DNA from: Minisyncoccota bacterium
Lineage (GTDB): Bacteria; Patescibacteriota; Minisyncoccia; Phycocordibacterales; UBA9973
Assembly (NCBI GenBank): GCA_041648595.1
Contig: JBAZOQ010000001.1
Span: 82,242 to 146,241, forward strand
Direction: 5' to 3'
Length of the DNA stretch: 64,000 nt
This document shows positions 19,013 through 28,979 of this stretch, in pieces. The position numbers were made by a program, and so were the translations under genes. The first letter of the stretch is position 1, and each line of letters opens with the position of its first letter. The notes beneath the pieces were generated by a model. That model had not been told where the DNA came from. It saw only the letters and a list, made by a program, of their open reading frames with translations, and did no database searches.

Positions 19013-19138
19013 AAAAGATATTATTTTATATTTTGTAATTATACTACTTATAGTATATAATATAAATACTTGTCCCGTAGTAAATTTTTGATTACGTGAC
19101 ATAAAGATAAAGATTATTAATAAAATTTTACTACTGGG

Positions 19139-20404
19139 ATGTTAGACATCAAATTCATTCGTGAAAACAAAGAAATAGTGCAAGAAGGTGCAAAGAAAAA
19201 ATTAGTAGATATTGATATTGAAAAACTTGTAACCCTTGACGATGAACGTTTAAAACAACTAAAAGAAGTTGAGGACTTAAGAAGTGAAGTAAATAAAGTT
19301 TCAAACAATATAGCTCGTGACCAAGACCCTGTTCTTAAAAATCAATTAATAGAAGAAATGCGTATTGTAAAAGAAGATATTAAACAAAAAGAAGAGAAAC
19401 TAAAAATTATAATAGAAGAATGGCAGAAAATGATGCTACAAGTTCCTAATGTTCCAGATATTTCTGTTCCTGATGGAAAAAGTGATGAAGAAAATCTTGA
19501 ACTTAGAGCTTGGGGAGAAAAACCAGTATTTGATTTTACACCAAAAGACCATGTTGCAATTGCAGAGAATCTTGATTTGGCAGATTTTGAACGGGGAACA
19601 AAAGTTTCTGGTTTTCGTGGTTATTTTATGAAAAATGATGGAGCATTATTATTCTTTGCTCTTTGGCAATATTTTTTAGATTATTTTGTTAGCCAAGGTT
19701 ACACTCCAATGATTGTGCCTTCACTTGTAAGAAAAGAAACTCTAATGGGTACAGGATATATACCTGGTGGTGAAGATGATTTATATAAAACACAAGATGG
19801 AGAATATTTAGCTGGAACAGGAGAAGTGGCAATGATGTCTTATTATTCTGGAGAAGTTTTACAAAAAGAATCTCTTCCTAAAAAATTTATTGCTTTTTCA
19901 TCTTGTTTTAGACGTGAGGCTGGAGCTCATGGAAAAGACGTGAAGGGAATTATTAGAGTACATGAATTTTTTAAACTCGAACAAATTTTGTTATGTGAAG
20001 CAAGTCATGAAGAATCTGTAAAGCTTCACGAAGAAATAACAAATCATGTAGAGCATTTAATGCAAGAATTAGGTATTCCTTATCGTATTGTTGTGAATTG
20101 TGGTGGCGATCTTGGATTAGGACAAGTTAAAAAATATGACATAGAAGCTTGGATGCCTTCTCAAGATAAGTATAGAGAAACTCATTCATCTTCATATTTT
20201 CATGACTTTCAAACGAGAAGACTTAATATTAAATATAGAGATGAAAATGAAAAATTAAAATATGTTCATTCTTTAAATAATACAGCTTGTGCTACAAGTA
20301 GATTACCAGCAGCTATACTAGAGAACTATCAACAAGCAGATGGTACTGTAAAAATTCCAGAAGTTCTAAAAAAATATATGGGTGGAAAAGATTTCATAAA
20401 ATAA
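19139..20404 (+). CDS. serS: seryl-tRNA synthetase
   Basis: The N-terminal coiled-coil starts MLDIKFIRENKE, and class II motifs are present (FRRE, GLGQVKKYDIEAWMPSQ) within 421 aa. Confidence 0.9.
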   Translation: MLDIKFIRENKEIVQEGAKKKLVDIDIEKLVTLDDERLKQLKEVEDLRSEVNKVSNNIARDQDPVLKNQLIEEMRIVKEDIKQKEEKLKIIIEEWQKMMLQVPNVPDISVPDGKSDEENLELRAWGEKPVFDFTPKDHVAIAENLDLADFERGTKVSGFRGYFMKNDGALLFFALWQYFLDYFVSQGYTPMIVPSLVRKETLMGTGYIPGGEDDLYKTQDGEYLAGTGEVAMMSYYSGEVLQKESLPKKFIAFSSCFRREAGAHGKDVKGIIRVHEFFKLEQILLCEASHEESVKLHEEITNHVEHLMQELGIPYRIVVNCGGDLGLGQVKKYDIEAWMPSQDKYRETHSSSYFHDFQTRRLNIKYRDENEKLKYVHSLNNTACATSRLPAAILENYQQADGTVKIPEVLKKYMGGKDFIK

Positions 20405-20415
20405 TTTAAAAAGAT

Positions 20416-21327
20416 ATGAAAAAAAGTGTTTTAAGTTCTCCGCGTCTTGTAGAATTAAAAAAAAAGAAGCATCAAATATTAAGAAGAAAAATACTTTTTT
20501 TTCTTCTTTTATTTATATTAATAACTACTTTTTTATCTTTTTTTTCAAAATGGAAAGAAGTAAATATAAATAATATTGTAGTTTTGGGGAATAAGGTTAT
20601 AGAAACTAAAACAATAACAGATCTTGTAAATGAAAAAATTACTGGTAATTATTTTTATTTTTTTCCAAAAACAAATTTTTTATTTTTTCCTAAAAATGAA
20701 ATAATAAAAGGACTTAGAGAAAAATTTAAAAGATTAGATAATATATCTTTAAATATAAAAAACATTAAAACCTTAGAAATATCTCTTTCAGAAAGAACTG
20801 CCTTATATACATGGTGTGGAGATACTTTACCTGAATTAAATAACTTAGAAAGTAATATCACAGATAAAAATAAATGTTATTTTATGGATGAAAATGGCTA
20901 TATTTTTGATGAAGCTCCTTATTTTTCTGATGATGTCTATCTAAAATTTTATGGTAAAACAGATGTTGAACGTTTAGAATCCGGAAGTCCAACATCCGAA
21001 ATAAATCCATCTGGTTCTTATTTTTTACAAACAAATTTTAAAAAGATTATTTCTTTTAAAGAGACAATAAAAAAATTGGGAATGAAACCATCAGCATTTT
21101 TTGCAGAAGATAATGGAGATGCAAAAATGTTTCTTTCTTCTTCTTCGGCGTCAAAAATGGGGCCAAGTATAAATTTTAAAATAGATTTTGACATGAATAA
21201 GGCTATAGAAAATTTACAATCAGTTTTGACAACAGAGCCATTGCAATCTGATTTTAAGAATAAATATAATTCTCTTATTTACATTGACCTAAGGTTTGGA
21301 AATAAAGTATACTACAAATTCCGGTAG
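20416..21327 (+). CDS. FtsQ/DivIB-like cell division protein (single N-terminal TM + POTRA-like region)
   Basis: An N-terminal basic stretch and a TM helix are followed by a beta-rich extracytoplasmic region. The assignment rests on architecture and synteny with the cell-envelope genes only. Confidence 0.4.
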   Translation: MKKSVLSSPRLVELKKKKHQILRRKILFFLLLFILITTFLSFFSKWKEVNINNIVVLGNKVIETKTITDLVNEKITGNYFYFFPKTNFLFFPKNEIIKGLREKFKRLDNISLNIKNIKTLEISLSERTALYTWCGDTLPELNNLESNITDKNKCYFMDENGYIFDEAPYFSDDVYLKFYGKTDVERLESGSPTSEINPSGSYFLQTNFKKIISFKETIKKLGMKPSAFFAEDNGDAKMFLSSSSASKMGPSINFKIDFDMNKAIENLQSVLTTEPLQSDFKNKYNSLIYIDLRFGNKVYYKFR

Positions 21328-21466
21328 CATATATTTTATAAAACACGACATATTTGCAAGCTTACAAATTGCTATGCTCGTCGTTCAAGAAAAATATAGT
21401 CGGAATACCTCCTTATTTTTCTAAACTCCTGTGCAATGTTTTCTAAAACACATGCTACCGGAATTT
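21317..21466. repeat. Structured intergenic element bounded by 15-bp perfect inverted repeats AAATTCCGGTAGCAT / ATGCTACCGGAATTT, with nested inner inverted repeats
   Basis: The left arm overlaps the TAG stop of the FtsQ-like gene. The right arm ends 6 nt before the dus ATG. The inner pair is cgacatattt / aaatatagtcg. Confidence 0.55.
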
Positions 21467-21471
21467 AACAT

Positions 21472-22479
21472 ATGCAAAATTTTTGGCAAAAATTAAATAA
21501 ACCTTTTTTTTGTTTAGCACCAATGTCTGATGTCACTGATATTGCTTTTCGTCGTATTTTGGCGAAATATAGCAAAAACAGAGAAAACAAAGATAGTGTT
21601 ATTTTTTGGACAGAGTTCATAGCTGCTGATGGTCTATGTAATAAGCTCGCTAAAAAAAAGTTGTCTTATATATTAAAATATTCAGAATCTGAGAGGCCAA
21701 TTGTTGCTCAAGTTTTTGGTGCTAATCCGGAAAATATGGAAAAAGCTTGTAGTTATATTGCTAGTCTTGGTTTTGATGGAATAGATATAAATATGGGTTG
21801 TCCAGATAAATCTGTGGTGGCCCAAGGAGCTGGATCTGGTTTGATAAGAACTCCACAACTCGCAAGAAAAATTATACAAGCAGTTCATGCTGGAATAAAA
21901 TCTGCAGGTCTCCATATTCCAATATCAGTTAAAACAAGAATTGGTTTTTCTAAAGAAGAAATAAATACTTGGATACCAGAATTATTAAAAGAAGATATTT
22001 CTGCTTTAATAATTCATTTGCGTACTACAAAAGAATTATCACTCGTCCCAGCACATTGGGATCTAATGAAAAAAATCATTGAATTACGAAATAAAATAAA
22101 TCCAGAAACTTTAATAATTGGCAATGGAGATGTTGAAGATTTAGAAGATGCAAAAAATAAAATACAAGAATATAGTTGCGATGGAGTAATGATAGGTAGG
22201 GGAGTTTTTGGTAATCCTTGGGTATTCATCTCACCCCCAACCCCTCTCCTTATTAAAGAGAGGGTGGAGGAAAAGCTTCAAATTTTAATAGAACACACTC
22301 AAATTTTTGATAAAGAACTTTTGAAACCTAAACATAAAAATTTTTCTGTTATGAAAAAACATTTTAAAGCATATGTGAATGATTTTCCTGGTGCTAAAGA
22401 ATTGAGAGTAAAATTAATGGAAACCAATAATGCCAAAGAAGTAGAAAAAATAATTAATGATTTTTTAAAAAGAAAATAA
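21472..22479 (+). CDS. dus: tRNA-dihydrouridine synthase (DusB family)
   Basis: The TIM-barrel Dus motifs FCLAPMSDVTDIAFRRI, DINMGCP, ...K..IG and IGRGVFGNPWVF are present. Confidence 0.85.
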   Translation: MQNFWQKLNKPFFCLAPMSDVTDIAFRRILAKYSKNRENKDSVIFWTEFIAADGLCNKLAKKKLSYILKYSESERPIVAQVFGANPENMEKACSYIASLGFDGIDINMGCPDKSVVAQGAGSGLIRTPQLARKIIQAVHAGIKSAGLHIPISVKTRIGFSKEEINTWIPELLKEDISALIIHLRTTKELSLVPAHWDLMKKIIELRNKINPETLIIGNGDVEDLEDAKNKIQEYSCDGVMIGRGVFGNPWVFISPPTPLLIKERVEEKLQILIEHTQIFDKELLKPKHKNFSVMKKHFKAYVNDFPGAKELRVKLMETNNAKEVEKIINDFLKRK

Positions 22480-22572
22480 AAAGGAATTTCAAAAAATTTC
22501 TGAGCCTTCGCCCTCGGAGTCCGTGAGGACAGGGGACCCACGACTCTTGAAATTCTTTAAATTCCTTTTTAT
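22480..22572. repeat. Palindromic GC-core element family C, copy 1 (intergenic, dus-dnaX)
   Basis: The sequence is taaaaaggaatttcaaaaaatttctgagccttcgccctcggagtccgtgaggacaggggacccacgactcttgaaattctttaaattccttttta. The AT-rich arms are mutually complementary, and the conserved GC core is shared with copies at ~40901..41002 (reverse) and ~49711..49820. Confidence 0.75.
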
Positions 22573-22599
22573 TTTCTAAAAATCTGATATAGTTATTCT

Positions 22600-23667
22600 A
22601 TGCACGACTTAGCTTTATATCGTAAATATAGACCTCAGAGCTTTAAAGAAGTCTTAGGGCAAGACCATATTGTAAAGGTCTTAGAGAGTTCTGTGGAGAC
22701 AAATAAAGTTTCTCATGCTTATCTTTTTGTTGGTACTCGTGGTACTGGCAAAACGTCTGTGGCTAGAATTTTTGCTAAAGAAATTGGAGTCTCAGAAAAT
22801 GATCTTTATGAAATAGATGCTGCTTCAAATAGAGGTATTGAAGACATTAGAGAGCTTCGTGATGGAGTGCGTGTATTACCATTTGACTCAAAATACAAGG
22901 TTTATATCATAGATGAGGTGCATATGCTCTCTAAAGACGCTTGGGGGGCATTATTGAAGACATTAGAAGAGCCACCAAAGCATGTGATCTTCATTTTAGC
23001 TACCACAGAAGTCCATAAAGTTCCTGAAACTATTGTGTCTCGTTGTCAGGTTTTTACATTTAGAAAAGCTTCTGATTTAGTTTCTAAAAATATGATTTTA
23101 GAAGTTGCAAAAAAAGAAGGTTTTGAATTGGATAATAGCACAGCAGAATTGATAGCAATACTTGGAGATGGATCTTTCCGTGATGCATTAGGTACTCTTC
23201 AAAAAGTTTTAAATTTTTCTGTTGATTCAAAAGGTGAAAAAGTTAAAAAAATAAATAAAGAAGATGTGGAAAAAATTACAGGCGCACCAAAAACTATTTT
23301 AGTAAATGATTTTATTTCTTCTATTGCTTTAAAAGATTTAGAAAAAGGAATACTGACAATAAGAAAAGCTGCAGCAGAGAATTTAGATATGAAACTTTAT
23401 TTTAAACTTATTATACAAAAGTTTCGCATGGCAGTAATTTTAAAATATGCACCAAAATTAGAAAAAGAAATGGCAGGGGATTTAGGAGAAGAAGATTTAG
23501 AGTTTTTGAAAAAACTTGTTAAACAAGATACTGAAGGTTTACTTCGTTCTAAAGCATTATCTATACTTCTAGAAGCTTATAGCGATATAGATAGAGCATT
23601 TATATCAGAATTACCATTAGAACTTGCACTTATTAAGATTTTGGGGCAAGATAAAGAAGTTAAATAA
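22600..23667 (+). CDS. dnaX: DNA polymerase III subunit gamma/tau (short form)
   Basis: The clamp-loader AAA+ signatures YRPQSF..VLGQDHIVKVL...HAYLFVGTRGTGKTSVARIFAKEI and the sensor motifs are present. Confidence 0.8.
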   Translation: MHDLALYRKYRPQSFKEVLGQDHIVKVLESSVETNKVSHAYLFVGTRGTGKTSVARIFAKEIGVSENDLYEIDAASNRGIEDIRELRDGVRVLPFDSKYKVYIIDEVHMLSKDAWGALLKTLEEPPKHVIFILATTEVHKVPETIVSRCQVFTFRKASDLVSKNMILEVAKKEGFELDNSTAELIAILGDGSFRDALGTLQKVLNFSVDSKGEKVKKINKEDVEKITGAPKTILVNDFISSIALKDLEKGILTIRKAAAENLDMKLYFKLIIQKFRMAVILKYAPKLEKEMAGDLGEEDLEFLKKLVKQDTEGLLRSKALSILLEAYSDIDRAFISELPLELALIKILGQDKEVK

Positions 23668-23671
23668 ATAT

Positions 23672-23742
23672 TGGGAGATCGTCTAACGGCAGGACAGCGG
23701 CCTTTGAAGCCGTGAATTATGGTTCGAATCCATATCTCCCAG
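23672..23742 (+). tRNA. tRNA-Gln (anticodon TTG)
   Basis: TGGGAGA TC GTCT AACGGCA GGAC A GCGGC CTTTGAA GCCGT GAAT TATGG TTCGAAT CCATA TCTCCCA G folds as a cloverleaf. The acceptor and T stems are perfect, the T-loop is TTCGAAT, and the anticodon loop is CU-UUG-AA. Confidence 0.8.
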
Positions 23743-23820
23743 CTAGCTAAAATAACCTTATTTTATAAAGTTATTTTTATTTACCTTAAGTTAAGTTAGA
23801 ATTTTTGATATAATAAAAAC

Positions 23821-24304
23821 ATGCGAAAAGAAATTCAATTAAAAACTAAAGACGAACATATTATTTATGGAACATTTGATTCAGTTAAAAAAAGTAAAAC
23901 CCTATTAATTTTTGTTCATGGATTTACTGGGCATAGAAATGAACACCATAATAGTTTTATGGGATCCTGCAGATAAAATGAAGGATTTAAAAGAAAAAAA
24001 TGCTGAATATAATGCTGATCTAGATAAATATATTTTTAATTCAAGATTAAATATAATTGTTTCTAAAGAATTGGTTGATGAGTGGCAAACTATAGATGTT
24101 GGTAAATTAGCTGAGGAAATAGATATTCCATGTAAATTTATTTTTGCTGGAAATTATAATAAATTAGAAGTATGGAAACCATTTTTAAATAGAATAAAGG
24201 TAGCTAATGAATTTGCAATAGTTGAAGGAGCTAGTCATGTATTTATTGAAGAGGGAGTTGAGCAAAAACTATTTGAAGAAACCCTTAATTATATAAAAGC
24301 ATAA
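23821..24304 (+). pseudogene. Disrupted alpha/beta-hydrolase gene: an N-terminal fragment (frame 1, MRKEIQLKTKDEHIIYGTFDSVKKSKTLLIFVHGFTGHRNEH..., stop ~23973) plus a C-terminal fragment in another frame (ORF 23912..24304 with the catalytic-His region VEGASHVF)
   Basis: The two fragments sit in different frames. The nucleophile-elbow (GxSxG) region appears to be missing, and the combined length (~180 aa) is short for the fold. Confidence 0.55.
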
Positions 24305-24352
24305 TAAAAATATAAATTATACTTTTATTTTGTGTTAAAATCGTGGATTTTT

Positions 24353-24550
24353 TTATCTCTTTACCTTCACTAATTTTTTTGAGTTTTTTGATTTAACAAC
24401 ACCATTCTTAAACCAAAATCCAATGGTGCTTTTTCCTATTTTAAGCTTTTCTGCTATTTGATTAAAACTCATTCCTTTTTTTCTAAGCATTACTGCTTTT
24501 TCTTTAATTTTTTTACTATATGAAATCATATAAATTAATAATATGCTCAT
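24353..24550 (-). CDS. small HTH protein (65 aa), homologous to the N-terminus of the 9902..10558 protein
   Basis: KAVMLRKKGMSFNQIAEKLKIGKSTIGFWFKN aligns with ELRKKGYSVKELHKMLGVSKGTISIWIQG. It may be a truncated remnant. Confidence 0.4.
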   Translation of the reverse strand: MSILLIYMISYSKKIKEKAVMLRKKGMSFNQIAEKLKIGKSTIGFWFKNGVVKSKNSKKLVKVKR

Positions 24551-24758
24551 TATCCTTGAAACACAAGTAATTTACCTTAAGGCCAGCACTTTTAATTATA
24601 TTTTGCTATAATAAAATTATGAAAAACATAAGAATCAGTTTTAAATTTTTATGGTATGATTTTTGGATAGGAGCTTTTTATGATAGAAACTCCAAAGTTT
24701 TATATGTTTGTCCATTACCAATGTGTGTTATAAAAATTTGGAAAAGTGAATAAAATTT

Positions 24759-25274
24759 ATGAATAAAATTCTAGAATTTGGAATAAAAAGAGAAAATGAA
24801 GAGCGACGAGATGGTGGATGTGCTGTTGTTTTTGATACTGAAAGTCAAAGATATGCAGTATATAGAAACCTAAAAAATAAAATATTAGGACTTTATGGTG
24901 GTGGATTTGATGATGGAGAAAATGAAGAACAAGGAGTATTAAGGGAAGTCATTGAAGAAAGTGGTTTATATGATTTTTTATATACAGAAAAAATAGATAA
25001 AGTATTAACTCATTATTTTAATTTTAATAAAAAGAAAAATAGAGTAGCGATGGCTACATGCTTTTTGGTAATCCTGAAATCTAAGAGTTTAAAACCAACT
25101 AATTTTGATGAACATGAAGAATTTGAATTAGAATGGATGACACCTAAAGACTTATTTTTTATTTGGGAAACCAATAGTAAAGATAAAAATTATGACCACT
25201 GGATTTATTTTCTTAAAAAAGCAGTAAATCGTGCTATTGAACTTAGTTATGATACAACTAGTCAGAAAATGTAA
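24759..25274 (+). CDS. NUDIX hydrolase
   Basis: The Nudix box GGGFDDGENEEQGVLREVIEESGL (Gx5Ex7REUxEExGU) is present. Confidence 0.75.
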   Translation: MNKILEFGIKRENEERRDGGCAVVFDTESQRYAVYRNLKNKILGLYGGGFDDGENEEQGVLREVIEESGLYDFLYTEKIDKVLTHYFNFNKKKNRVAMATCFLVILKSKSLKPTNFDEHEEFELEWMTPKDLFFIWETNSKDKNYDHWIYFLKKAVNRAIELSYDTTSQKM

Positions 25275-25363
25275 TATTTGACAGAGTAGTTTTAGAATGC
25301 TATTATGTTTTAATAACTAAAGGTTCTTTTTAATTAAAAAAATATCTTGAAAGGGTTCAAAAA

Positions 25364-25894
25364 ATGGAATTCAAAAAAACTGACCTAATTATTCTTAGTG
25401 AAAAGAAATTGCATGTTAGTTCTTCAGCAATAATACTTTTTGAAAAAATAACAAAATTTCATAGAGAAAAATCAAATGGTTTGTGGATAAAAATTAGGGA
25501 CGTAAAAAATCAATCAAATCGTTTAAATTTACCTATTTTTACCCCCTCAGAAGAAGTTTTGTATATTTGCGACCAAGAAGCTACAGATTTGTTAATTTTG
25601 AAAGATACTGTTTCTAATTTTAATTTTTTTGATAATTATCATTATGAAAAAAGTATAAATGCTGGATCTATTTTATTTAACAAAAATGAAACCCGGTTTC
25701 AATCAACAGTTTCTGGTCTTTTAAGAAAAGAAGATAATATTTTTCTTGCAATGTGTTTAATACCAACAGTATTAAACATAGAAATAGACTTTGTCGTAAA
25801 TCATATTCAGAAAAGAGATAAAGATGCTCTTCCTGAATGTTTTTTTAAAGAAAATCATTATCTTAACAAAATTTTAAAAGTTTTTAAAATATAA
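25364..25894 (+). CDS. hypothetical protein
   Basis: A 176-aa ORF with a hairpin terminator immediately downstream (25908..25937). No motif recognised. Confidence 0.45.
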   Translation: MEFKKTDLIILSEKKLHVSSSAIILFEKITKFHREKSNGLWIKIRDVKNQSNRLNLPIFTPSEEVLYICDQEATDLLILKDTVSNFNFFDNYHYEKSINAGSILFNKNETRFQSTVSGLLRKEDNIFLAMCLIPTVLNIEIDFVVNHIQKRDKDALPECFFKENHYLNKILKVFKI

Positions 25895-25969
25895 TTTTAA
25901 AAACAAAAAGCCTTGAGAAATCAAGGCTTTTTTTATTTTTGATAATATATTCTACTTTTTCACTTAATA

Positions 25970-26821
25970 ATGTATAATTATATAATGACTTTTAAAAAAT
26001 TTTATATTATTATATTTTTAGTATTTTCTATATTACCAACACAAAAAATATTTGCTCAAACTCCTAATACTGGTTTTGTTTCAGAAAATATTTGGTATTC
26101 AAAAGATCCACTAATGGAAGGGGATAAGGTTCAGATATATACATTTGTTTTTAATCCTGACAGTAGAGAATTATCTGGTACTGTGATTTTCTTTGATAAA
26201 ACTGTTTTATTAGGTAAAAAAGAATTTGTTATACCTCCAAAAGGTGCTAAAGATGTATTTATTAATTGGACTACAACTGCAGGTGACCATATTATTTTTG
26301 CTAAAATAGAAAATGCTAAATTTTTACTTTCAAATGGAAAATATGAAGAAGTATATATAGCCCTAAACGAAACAGAAAAAAACTCTCAAACTATATCTAA
26401 AAAAATAACCTCTGCAGATACAAATACTGACATAAATCCTATTTCCAATATAAGTAATACTGTATCTGATTCTATTTCAAATATTAAAAATATAATAGAA
26501 GAAAAAACACCAAATTTTATAACTCAACCAATACTAGCTACTACAAATAAATTAGAAGAATTAAGAAAAAATATAAACACAACAGGACAACTTAAAAAAG
26601 AAGAAATAAAAAAAGAAATAGAAAACTTAAATTCTACTAAAATAAACAAAGAAGGAAATTCAAAAACAACAAGAAATCCGTTATTAAAACCATTTAAATA
26701 TGTAGAATTATTCTTTGTTTCCACCTTATCTCTAATCCTAAACAATAAAATTCTATTTTATGGAATTTTACTTATTTTAATTTTCTTTATTTTACGTTAT
26801 ATTTGGAAGAAAATTTTCTAA
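25970..26821 (+). CDS. hypothetical secreted/membrane-anchored protein (N-terminal signal peptide, Ser/Asn-rich linker, coiled region, C-terminal TM)
   Basis: The assignment rests on hydrophobic N- and C-termini. It is positioned upstream of the PBP2 gene. Confidence 0.45.
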   Translation: MYNYIMTFKKFYIIIFLVFSILPTQKIFAQTPNTGFVSENIWYSKDPLMEGDKVQIYTFVFNPDSRELSGTVIFFDKTVLLGKKEFVIPPKGAKDVFINWTTTAGDHIIFAKIENAKFLLSNGKYEEVYIALNETEKNSQTISKKITSADTNTDINPISNISNTVSDSISNIKNIIEEKTPNFITQPILATTNKLEELRKNINTTGQLKKEEIKKEIENLNSTKINKEGNSKTTRNPLLKPFKYVELFFVSTLSLILNNKILFYGILLILIFFILRYIWKKIF

Positions 26822-26874
26822 CTTTAAATAAAAAATAAATTTGTATTTTAAATTTAAGTGTGTAGAATAAGCTT

Positions 26875-27138
26875 ATGATACAAAGAATCGTAGCGTCCTT
26901 AATACTTCTTTTTTCTATTCTATATATGCCTTTTTATTTGTCTATAATATTGGCATTAATAGGTATAATATATTTCTCATTTTATTGGGAAAGTGTCTTT
27001 CTATTTTTTATTTCAGATTTAATTTTTGGTATAAAAGAAGAAAAACTTTTAAATATCTATTTCATATCTTTTTTAATATCTTTCATAGTTTTAATATCTA
27101 TAGAATTATTAAAAAGAAAAATTAGAATTTCAAAATGA
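26875..27138 (+). CDS. small integral membrane protein (2-3 TM), overlaps the PBP2 start by 4 nt
   Basis: An 87-aa hydrophobic ORF translationally coupled to the PBP2 gene. It could be a minimal MreD-like protein, but this is unproven. Confidence 0.45.
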   Translation: MIQRIVASLILLFSILYMPFYLSIILALIGIIYFSFYWESVFLFFISDLIFGIKEEKLLNIYFISFLISFIVLISIELLKRKIRISK

Positions 27139-28829
27139 TACGAAGAATATTAAGAAAACAAAAAATTAAAAATGCTAATTTTTTTGTAGAACCAGATGAG
27201 ATTTTTCTTGATTCTAAAAATTTACAAAATTTTGATCGTCAACAATTCGAAGGTCGCATAGAAAAACCAATTTCCAAAAAAACTATATTTTTTGTTGGAT
27301 TTTTCTTCTTATTATTTTTAGTAATTTTTTCAACCAGACTTGGATACCTTCAAATAGAAAAAGGGTATGCATATTTAAATAGAAGTCAAAATAATATTTT
27401 AGAAAAACAAATTATTTTTAGTGATAGAGGTATCATTTATGATAGAAATAAAGTAGAGCTTGCTTGGAATAAAAAAAGAGATGATTTACCTACGACAATA
27501 CGTTCATATATATCCCCTGGGTTTTCTCATGTTTTAGGATATGTAAGTTACCCAACACAAGATAAATCAGGAAATTATTGGCAAAGTGAATTTATAGGTA
27601 AAGATGGACTTGAAAAACAATATAATCAAGAATTAAGGGGTGTAAATGGTTCAAAAATAGTAGAGATAGATGCTCGCAAAATAATTCATTCAGAAAATAT
27701 AGTAAATGCTCCTTCACGTGGTGTTGATTTAATTACAACAATAGATTCACGTATTCAATCAGAATTATACACTCTTATTAAGAATCTATCAGCTAGTAAT
27801 TCTTTTTCAGGTGGAGCAGGAGTATTAATTAATATAAAAAATGGAGAAGTTTTAACATCAGTAAGTTTTCCAGAATATGATTCCGAAGTTTTATCTTTGG
27901 GAAAAGATACAGAAAAAATTCAAAACTATTTAAAAGATAAAAGAAAAGTATTTTTAGATAGGACAATTTCAGGACTTTATGTACCGGGTTCTATAGTAAA
28001 ACCATTTTTTGCTATTGGAGCATTAACAGAAGGAATAATTGATCCATACAAAAAAATATTATCAACTGGTTCAATTTCAATACCAAATCCATATTTAAAA
28101 GATCAAGAAACTGTTTTTAAAGACTGGAAAGCACATGGATGGGTAGATATGCGACAAGCATTAGCTGTTTCAAGTGACGTATATTTTTATGAAATTGGTG
28201 GAGGTTTTCAAGGCCAAAAAGGTTTAGGAATTGTTAATATTGAAAAATATGCTTCACTTTTTGGTATTGGACAAAAAACTGGTATTGACCTACCAGATGA
28301 AAAAAGTGGTGTTATACCAAGTCCAGAATGGAAAATAAAAAACTTTAATGGAGAAGTCTGGCGTATTGGAGACACTTATCACACCGTCATAGGACAATAT
28401 GGCTTTCAGGTAACTCCAATGGAAATGGCACGTGCCATATCTGCACTAGCAAACTACGGAACACTTATTACTCCACATTATATTTTAGGAGACAAAGAGA
28501 AAGAAAATATTATTTCAAAAATAAATTTTAAAAAAGAAGATTTTAACACAATCCATGAAGGAATGAGGGAAAGTGTTTTAGTTGGAACTTCTGTTTTACT
28601 AAATGTGCCATATATAAAAGTTGCTTCTAAGACTGGAACAGCGCAACTTGGTATAAATAAAAATAAAGTTAATTCTTGGATTGTTGGTTTCTTTCCATAT
28701 GAAAATCCACAATATGCATTCACTATAATGATGGAAGCGGGACCTTCCTCAAACGGAGTCGGAGCATCATCTATTATGCGCCAACTACTAGATTGGATGT
28801 CTATAAATACCCCAGAATATTTTGAATAA
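27135..28829 (+). CDS. mrdA: penicillin-binding protein 2 (peptidoglycan D,D-transpeptidase)
   Basis: An N-terminal TM is followed by the SxxK (SIVKPF), SxN (SSDVYF) and KTG (KTGTA) motifs. Confidence 0.85.
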   Translation: MIRRILRKQKIKNANFFVEPDEIFLDSKNLQNFDRQQFEGRIEKPISKKTIFFVGFFFLLFLVIFSTRLGYLQIEKGYAYLNRSQNNILEKQIIFSDRGIIYDRNKVELAWNKKRDDLPTTIRSYISPGFSHVLGYVSYPTQDKSGNYWQSEFIGKDGLEKQYNQELRGVNGSKIVEIDARKIIHSENIVNAPSRGVDLITTIDSRIQSELYTLIKNLSASNSFSGGAGVLINIKNGEVLTSVSFPEYDSEVLSLGKDTEKIQNYLKDKRKVFLDRTISGLYVPGSIVKPFFAIGALTEGIIDPYKKILSTGSISIPNPYLKDQETVFKDWKAHGWVDMRQALAVSSDVYFYEIGGGFQGQKGLGIVNIEKYASLFGIGQKTGIDLPDEKSGVIPSPEWKIKNFNGEVWRIGDTYHTVIGQYGFQVTPMEMARAISALANYGTLITPHYILGDKEKENIISKINFKKEDFNTIHEGMRESVLVGTSVLLNVPYIKVASKTGTAQLGINKNKVNSWIVGFFPYENPQYAFTIMMEAGPSSNGVGASSIMRQLLDWMSINTPEYFE

Positions 28830-28880
28830 AAAGTATTATTTTGTTTTTTTTAATAAATACAGTATAATATTAAGATGAAT

Positions 28881-28979
28881 CCCGTTAGAAGTTAACTATG
28901 CGGGATTGATATTTTAATGATAATCAAGTTATATAATATTATTTATAATTAATGTAATATTAGTATAACTTCTAACGGG
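28881..28979. mobile_element. MITE-like element copy B with the same CCCGTTAGAAG / CTTCTAACGGG terminal inverted repeats, flanked by the 5-bp direct repeat ATGAA (28875-28879 and 28980-28984)
   Basis: The structure is ATGAA t cccgttagaagtta actatgcggga ... taacttctaacggg ATGAA. The right-hand ATG is the start of ORF 28980..29201. It shares the internal tat(a)gcggga motif with copy A. Confidence 0.6.

Noticed and set aside
23941-23952. Adjacent BamHI (GGATCC) and PstI (CTGCAG) sites look like a cloning scar.
   Set aside because: No vector sequence is nearby, and the sites lie within the coding frame of the hydrolase fragment. This is most likely coincidence.
24590-24745. Possible 44-aa ORF (MKNIRISFKFLWYDFWIGAFYDRNSKVLYVCPLPMCVIKIWKSE) in the gap before the NUDIX gene.
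   Set aside because: It has no RBS or homology support, and an ORF of that length is expected by chance in AT-rich sequence.
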